Assembly (NCBI GenBank): GCA_963836235.1
Contig: CAWIIP010000001.1
Location: 288,001 to 352,000 of the forward strand
Direction of reading: 5' to 3'
Source: an uncultured Pseudomonadota bacterium
GTDB lineage: Bacteria; Oederibacteriota; Muellerivitia; Muellerivitales; Muellerivitaceae
DNA: 64,000 nt
Part shown: piece after piece, positions 59,300 through 64,000 of the stretch
Position numbering within the stretch: position 1 is the stretch's first letter
Layout: each line of letters starts with the position of its first letter
The notes under the pieces: generated by a model
The model's input: only the letters and a program-made list of their open reading frames with translations
Databases searched by the model: none
What the model was told of the DNA's origin: nothing
Translations under genes and position numbers: made by a program

Positions 59300-61108
59300 T
59301 CATTTCTTCAAAGCATAAACTAAAACGCAACAATTGGCGATATCGGTGACATAGAGATTGTTCTCGGCGTCCAAGGTAAGACCGTAATATTTGGGCGCTA
59401 TTTTATAATTTCCGGAGGGGGTGCCGAATTCAGTTAAATAATACCCTTCCGGATCAAAAACCTGAATTCGCATATCCCGGTCCGTGACGAAAATATTCCG
59501 TTTGGAATCGGTGGCCACACCCAAGGGAGCGGCGAATTCCCCGCGGCTCGAACCCCTTTTTCCGAATTTGTTTTTAAAAACACCTTTTGTCGAGAAAATT
59601 TGAACACGATAGTTTTTTTCATCCACCACCAGCAAGTTTTGAGCGTTGTCCAGCGTCAATCCGGCGGGACAATTGAATTCGCCCAAACGCGCCCCCTGTA
59701 TGCCGAATTTATTCAAAACTTTTCCAGCCGGATTAAAAACCCGGATGCGGTGATTTCCGGTGTCGGAAACATAAATATTATCCTTGTCATCTAAAGCCAG
59801 GGCTTGCGGGTGGAAAAAACCTCCGGCTCCTATTTCGATTTTTCCCGTGGTTGGAGAGGCAGGTTCTCCGAATTTCGCCAAGAGTTGCCCCATTTTCCCG
59901 ATGATTTGGACGTTGCAAGTCTTGGCATCCAAAGCGACCAGGTTTCCCCCCTGGTCCACCGCGATGGATACGGGCATCAGGAAGGAAACCTCTTTGGGGT
60001 CGCTCACTTCCTTTCCAAATTTCCCGACGGAATAAAGGATTTTTCCCTCGAAGTCAAAAACCTGGACGCAGCATTTCATGGAATCGCAAACATAGATCCT
60101 TTTTTGGGCATCAACGGCCACCGACACAGGGGAAATAAAATTCCCCTCTTCCTTACCCCTGGTTCCGATGCTACGAATTAATTTGTAGTGGTAGCCTTGA
60201 TACCGAAGAGTATTGATGTCCCCCACTTCCTTAATCGCTTGTTTTTTATCAGCTTCTTGAATAATGGTATGGGTGAGGACATCCTGGGTTTTGCTCCCGA
60301 TTCCGATCGGAACGGCGAGAACCTCAGGGGATAATTTTTCAAGGTCTTGTTTCATTTCTAAAGCGGATTGATAACGTTTCGAGACTTCCTTTTGCAGTGC
60401 CTTCATAATGACGGCTTCAAGCCCTTTGGGGACACCGGGATTAATTTTGTGGGGCTCTGGCACATCATCCTTTAAGATTTTGTTCAGGACCACCATCGGT
60501 ACTTCGTCATAAAAGGGAAGTTTTCCCGTCACCATCTCATAAAGAATGACTCCCACGGAATAGACATCCGAGGCTTTCGCCGGATGGCCCAGCACTTGCT
60601 CTTTGGCCATGTAATAAAGGGTTCCGCCGATTCCTGCGCCGGTTTTGCCCGCTTGAATAAAAGCGGTCCCGAAATCGGTGATCTTTGCCTTCCGGTCGGA
60701 AGTGAGAAGGATGTTGCCAGGCTTCAGGTCGCGGTGGATGATATTTTTCTCATGGGCATATTGGAGGGCTGTCAGGATTTGAAGGACGATATCGACCGTT
60801 TCTTTATAAGTCAGTGGTGTATCCTGGATCAATTGGGCCAGGTTTTTCCCGTCGACATACTCCATGACCATGAAAAATATGTTTTCGGCCTTATCCACGG
60901 TTAGGATTTGAACGATATTGGGGTGGTCCAGGGAAGCGAGAAGCTTGGGTTCGGCGATGAGGGTGGTGAATTCTTCTTTTTGATTATGGGGGATTTTAAT
61001 CGCTACTTTTTTCCCGATCCAAGTGTCCTCGGCCAGCCAAACGGTCCCAAATGTGCCGCTTCCCTTGATCTCGAGGAGCTTATATTTATCGATGTTCCCC
61101 TGAAGCAT
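59300..61108 (-). CDS. Ser/Thr protein kinase with C-terminal NHL repeats
   Basis: GSGTFG, VAIK, HRDLKPGN, DFG, SDVYSVG. About six NHL repeats (F..P.GVA.D..NIYV.D..N.RIQVF). Confidence 0.92.
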   Translation of the reverse strand: MLQGNIDKYKLLEIKGSGTFGTVWLAEDTWIGKKVAIKIPHNQKEEFTTLIAEPKLLASLDHPNIVQILTVDKAENIFFMVMEYVDGKNLAQLIQDTPLTYKETVDIVLQILTALQYAHEKNIIHRDLKPGNILLTSDRKAKITDFGTAFIQAGKTGAGIGGTLYYMAKEQVLGHPAKASDVYSVGVILYEMVTGKLPFYDEVPMVVLNKILKDDVPEPHKINPGVPKGLEAVIMKALQKEVSKRYQSALEMKQDLEKLSPEVLAVPIGIGSKTQDVLTHTIIQEADKKQAIKEVGDINTLRYQGYHYKLIRSIGTRGKEEGNFISPVSVAVDAQKRIYVCDSMKCCVQVFDFEGKILYSVGKFGKEVSDPKEVSFLMPVSIAVDQGGNLVALDAKTCNVQIIGKMGQLLAKFGEPASPTTGKIEIGAGGFFHPQALALDDKDNIYVSDTGNHRIRVFNPAGKVLNKFGIQGARLGEFNCPAGLTLDNAQNLLVVDEKNYRVQIFSTKGVFKNKFGKRGSSRGEFAAPLGVATDSKRNIFVTDRDMRIQVFDPEGYYLTEFGTPSGNYKIAPKYYGLTLDAENNLYVTDIANCCVLVYALKK

Positions 61109-61166
61109 CCGGCCCCCTCAGAATTGGCGTAGGAAAGTATTTTATCAAAGCTTTTTGGGCCTGTAA

Positions 61167-61721
61167 CTAGCTTACAAGGCCTTCATTTACCCTTACTCCC
61201 TCATTTTTTAACAGTTTTATCTTCCATTCGAGGCCTCCCCCATAGCCGCCCAAGCGGTTTCCGTCCGCGATCACCCGGTGGCAAGGAATCAGGAGAGAAA
61301 CGGGATTGCGGTTAAGGGCTTGTCCGGCGGCCCGAAAGCCCCTCGGCGACCCGGCTTTTAGGGCAACCCAGCCATAGGTCCGAAATTGTCCGCGTGGAAT
61401 TTTGCAGGTCGCGGCTAGAACCCTTTGTTGAAAGGGTGTGAGAAAGGAAATGTCAAAATCCGTAAAAAGAAAGGGTTTGCCACTTAAGGCTTTCAGGGTT
61501 TGCCGTTGAATATTTTTAGGAACCATGGCGGGAGGCGCCTTCCAAATGCTTTCTGGAAGGGTAGGCAAATATTCATGCAGTCCCCGCAAAGCTTGAGCCT
61601 GGTTTTTTTGAGGCAAAACCAGGGCCGAGAGTCCTTTGCCCGTCCAAGCCGCCGCGCACCAGCCTCCAACCGTCCGAAAAACCCCCCAGTGGATTTTTAA
61701 AAGCCGGTCCGGGCTTTTCAA
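61167..61721 (-). CDS. ogt: Methylated-DNA--protein-cysteine methyltransferase
   Basis: RAAGQAL..NP...IPCHRVI...GGYGGG. TTG start overlaps the murJ stop. Confidence 0.9.
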   Translation of the reverse strand: MKSPDRLLKIHWGVFRTVGGWCAAAWTGKGLSALVLPQKNQAQALRGLHEYLPTLPESIWKAPPAMVPKNIQRQTLKALSGKPFLFTDFDISFLTPFQQRVLAATCKIPRGQFRTYGWVALKAGSPRGFRAAGQALNRNPVSLLIPCHRVIADGNRLGGYGGGLEWKIKLLKNEGVRVNEGLVS

Positions 61722-63355
61722 TCTGCTTTGCCTTTGGCCCTGCCCCAAACCCAATCAAGCCCATGAAGGGCCATGGCTTTCGCCAGCCCCAGATAAACCA
61801 GCCCGCCCAGGATCACCGGAAGGATAAAATCTAAGAGTCTGCTGCCGGGTAAGTGAAGCCCCTGGATACCCCGTAGTGCCGCCCATGTGGCCAGTCCCAT
61901 CACTATGGAGGCCATGAGGACCTTCCCCGCTTCCATCCGTAAAAACTTCCAATCCAAGTGGATATCGATCTTTTCAATTCCAATTAAAAGCAGGGATAGG
62001 TTGATAAATGAACCGAGGACGGAACCCAGGACCAATCCCCAGAAGCGGATGCGGGAATCATCCACATATAAAAAAGCCAAAAGGTTTAATCCGACGTTGG
62101 CCGCTATGGCGGCCAAGGACGTCGCCAGGGGCTTACGGGCGTTTCGGCGGGCATAATAGGCGGGCAAGAGAATTTTGACGCCGGTATAGCCGACCAGCCC
62201 AAGCGCGTAGAGGGCGGTTGCCTCGGCGGCGGCCTGGGTTGCTTCCGGCGTGAACCGTCCATATTCAAAAGCCAGGTGGCAGGCCGGTTTGGCCACGATC
62301 CAAATCCCGACCGTGCAAGGGACCATCAGGAACAATCCGGCGGACAAGGCTTTGCCCAGGGTTTGGGAAAACTCTTCCATCTTTCCCGTGTTGGATTGGC
62401 GGGCCAAAAGAGGAAAGGTCACGGTGGCGATGGAAACCCCCAAAATCCCAAAGGGCAGCTGGAAAAGCCGGTTTCCGTAATAAAGATAACTCACATAGCC
62501 CGTGGCAAGAAACGAGGCGAAAAATTGGTTGACCAGCAGGTTGACTTGGACAACCGATGAGCTGACGACGGCGGGTCCCATGAGTTTCATCATTTCCATG
62601 ATGCCCGGGTGACGGGGCGGCCAGGACCAACCCACTTTGATCCCGGCCTTCCAGGCTTCGGGGAGCTGCGAAACCCACTGAAAAAGCATCCCCAAAGTCA
62701 TGGAACAGGCCCAAAGTTGGATATTGCGGATCTCTTCCTGGGGATTGCCGCTTTTCCAAAACTTCAAAAGAACCACTCCCATGGCGATCTGCGTTAAATT
62801 CATGAAGACGGGAGCAAAAGCCGGGGTCGTAAAGCGGTGCATGGAATTCAGCGCCCCCATCCAAAGGGCGGCGAAGGAAACAAACATTAAGACCGGAAAA
62901 AGAAAGCGGGTCAACCGGACGGTCAATTGGAACTTGTCGGCATCTTGCATAAAACCATGGGCGATGACGCCCACCACCTGGGGGGCAAAAAGGATTCCCA
63001 AGGCCGTCAAACCGCCCGTTATGAGTAGTAAAAGGGAAAAAACTTGTGACATAAGATTCCAGGCGTCCCGATGGTCTTCCTTTTCCAATCGTGCTGTCAA
63101 AGCCGGTACAAAGGCGTTTGAAAGGGCTCCCTCGGCGAATAAATCCCTCAGCAAGCTGGGTATCCGCACCGCCATAAAGTAGGCGTCGGAAACCATGCCT
63201 GCGCCAAAAAGATTAGCGTTCAAGGTGTCGCGTAGATATCCTGCGACACGGCTGACCGACGTGGCGGTGGTGACCAGCCGGAAATGCCCGCCCAAGCGGG
63301 TCTTGGCGTCCTTCTGACTAGGCTCAGATTCTGGTGATGGAACCTTTATTGACAC
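61718..63355 (-). CDS. murJ: Lipid II flippase MurJ (MviN)
   Basis: SRVAGYLRD, RDLFAEGALSNAFVP, RLFQLPFG, many TMs. Confidence 0.95.
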   Translation of the reverse strand: MSIKVPSPESEPSQKDAKTRLGGHFRLVTTATSVSRVAGYLRDTLNANLFGAGMVSDAYFMAVRIPSLLRDLFAEGALSNAFVPALTARLEKEDHRDAWNLMSQVFSLLLLITGGLTALGILFAPQVVGVIAHGFMQDADKFQLTVRLTRFLFPVLMFVSFAALWMGALNSMHRFTTPAFAPVFMNLTQIAMGVVLLKFWKSGNPQEEIRNIQLWACSMTLGMLFQWVSQLPEAWKAGIKVGWSWPPRHPGIMEMMKLMGPAVVSSSVVQVNLLVNQFFASFLATGYVSYLYYGNRLFQLPFGILGVSIATVTFPLLARQSNTGKMEEFSQTLGKALSAGLFLMVPCTVGIWIVAKPACHLAFEYGRFTPEATQAAAEATALYALGLVGYTGVKILLPAYYARRNARKPLATSLAAIAANVGLNLLAFLYVDDSRIRFWGLVLGSVLGSFINLSLLLIGIEKIDIHLDWKFLRMEAGKVLMASIVMGLATWAALRGIQGLHLPGSRLLDFILPVILGGLVYLGLAKAMALHGLDWVWGRAKGKAD

Positions 63356-63422
63356 GATCTTCCCCTTCGTTTACGATATGCCTCCGTTTTAGGAAGCTGT
63401 TGATAAATTCTTTGGAGGTTCC

Positions 63423-63683
63423 ATGCCGATCATCAAGTCGTCGATCAAGGATGTCCGCCGCACCAAAACCCGCACGGCGCGTAATTCCGCTGAAAAAAAC
63501 AAAATCCGCACGGCCATGAAGGCCGTCCTCGCGGCTAAAACCGCGGAGGAAGCGGCCTTGAAACTGAAGGAAGTCATGCACGTTTTGGATAAGGGCCAGG
63601 CCCACGGGATACTTAAGAAGAACACTGCTTCCCGTCACATTTCCCGCCTCTCTAGTTACGTCCACAAAAAGTTCAAAAAGTAA
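63423..63683 (+). CDS. rpsT: 30S ribosomal protein S20
   Basis: MPIIKSSIK...N...K..IRT...K...GILKKNTASR..SRL. GGAGG RBS. Confidence 0.95.
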   Translation: MPIIKSSIKDVRRTKTRTARNSAEKNKIRTAMKAVLAAKTAEEAALKLKEVMHVLDKGQAHGILKKNTASRHISRLSSYVHKKFKK

Positions 63684-63685
63684 AA

Positions 63686-64000
63686 TCATCGGGTGGCCGG
63701 TTTCAAGGCCATCCGGTTTTTTCCCCATTTCAAAACCCACCATTCCAGGTAAATCGGCGGCACGGTTTTGCCCAAACGTCCCGTGACAACCCCGGATTGA
63801 AGGTGGATTAAATCAAGCAGTGCCCCTTTGAGGTCCTCCGTGGAAAATTGGGCGGCTTGATCCCAAAGGCTTTTCAGCCGAAAGGGATGCAAACCCAGGT
63901 TTTCGGCGGTTTTGGGTTGGTCCCATCCTTTTGAACGTCCCAGGGCGATTAAAAGCAGTTCCCGAACCCTTCCATAAAGCATCATCACGGTTCCCGCGTC
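63686..64000 (-). CDS. holA: DNA polymerase III delta subunit, C-terminal part (5' partial)
   Basis: LGLHPFRL...QAAQFS..DL...L..L helix pattern. Convergent with rpsT as in many bacteria. Frame open to the window end. Confidence 0.7.
   Translation of the reverse strand, partial: DAGTVMMLYGRVRELLLIALGRSKGWDQPKTAENLGLHPFRLKSLWDQAAQFSTEDLKGALLDLIHLQSGVVTGRLGKTVPPIYLEWWVLKWGKNRMALKPATR

Overview
A 64-kb chromosomal window from a diderm (outer-membrane-containing) bacterium of about 50% GC. The gene style (Thr/Pro-rich secreted proteins with FlgD-Ig and T9SS-like C-terminal domains) is reminiscent of candidate lineages such as FCPU426, but that assignment is only a tentative inference. The left part (to ~39.2 kb) is mostly + strand: TPR protein, OM barrel, exbB-exbD-tonB, clpS, a 1,869-aa expansin-led surface protein, sugar genes, a Fur-boxed OM protein/cytochrome c pair, an IS3 element beside a truncated moaA, an orphan ParB-like gene, a TonB-dependent receptor, a FabD homologue lacking its catalytic residues, der-plsY-gpsA-IHF/HU-merR, two tRNA-Pro, a sigma factor, apt and tRNA-Arg. 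The right part is almost entirely - strand: a Xer-like recombinase, a metallopeptidase-Omp85 protein, sppA, miaA-mutL, an FHA-GAF-adenylate cyclase, a Ser/Thr kinase-NHL protein, ogt, murJ and holA, with rpsT the only + gene. The best candidate for an undescribed system is the lone Xer-type recombinase. A near-symmetric 11-6-11 dif-like site lies 2 bp upstream of its ATG and overlaps its promoter, near the point where gene orientation and KOPS-like octamers converge. This suggests a single-recombinase dimer-resolution locus at the replication terminus. All family assignments come from motif recognition, not database searches.
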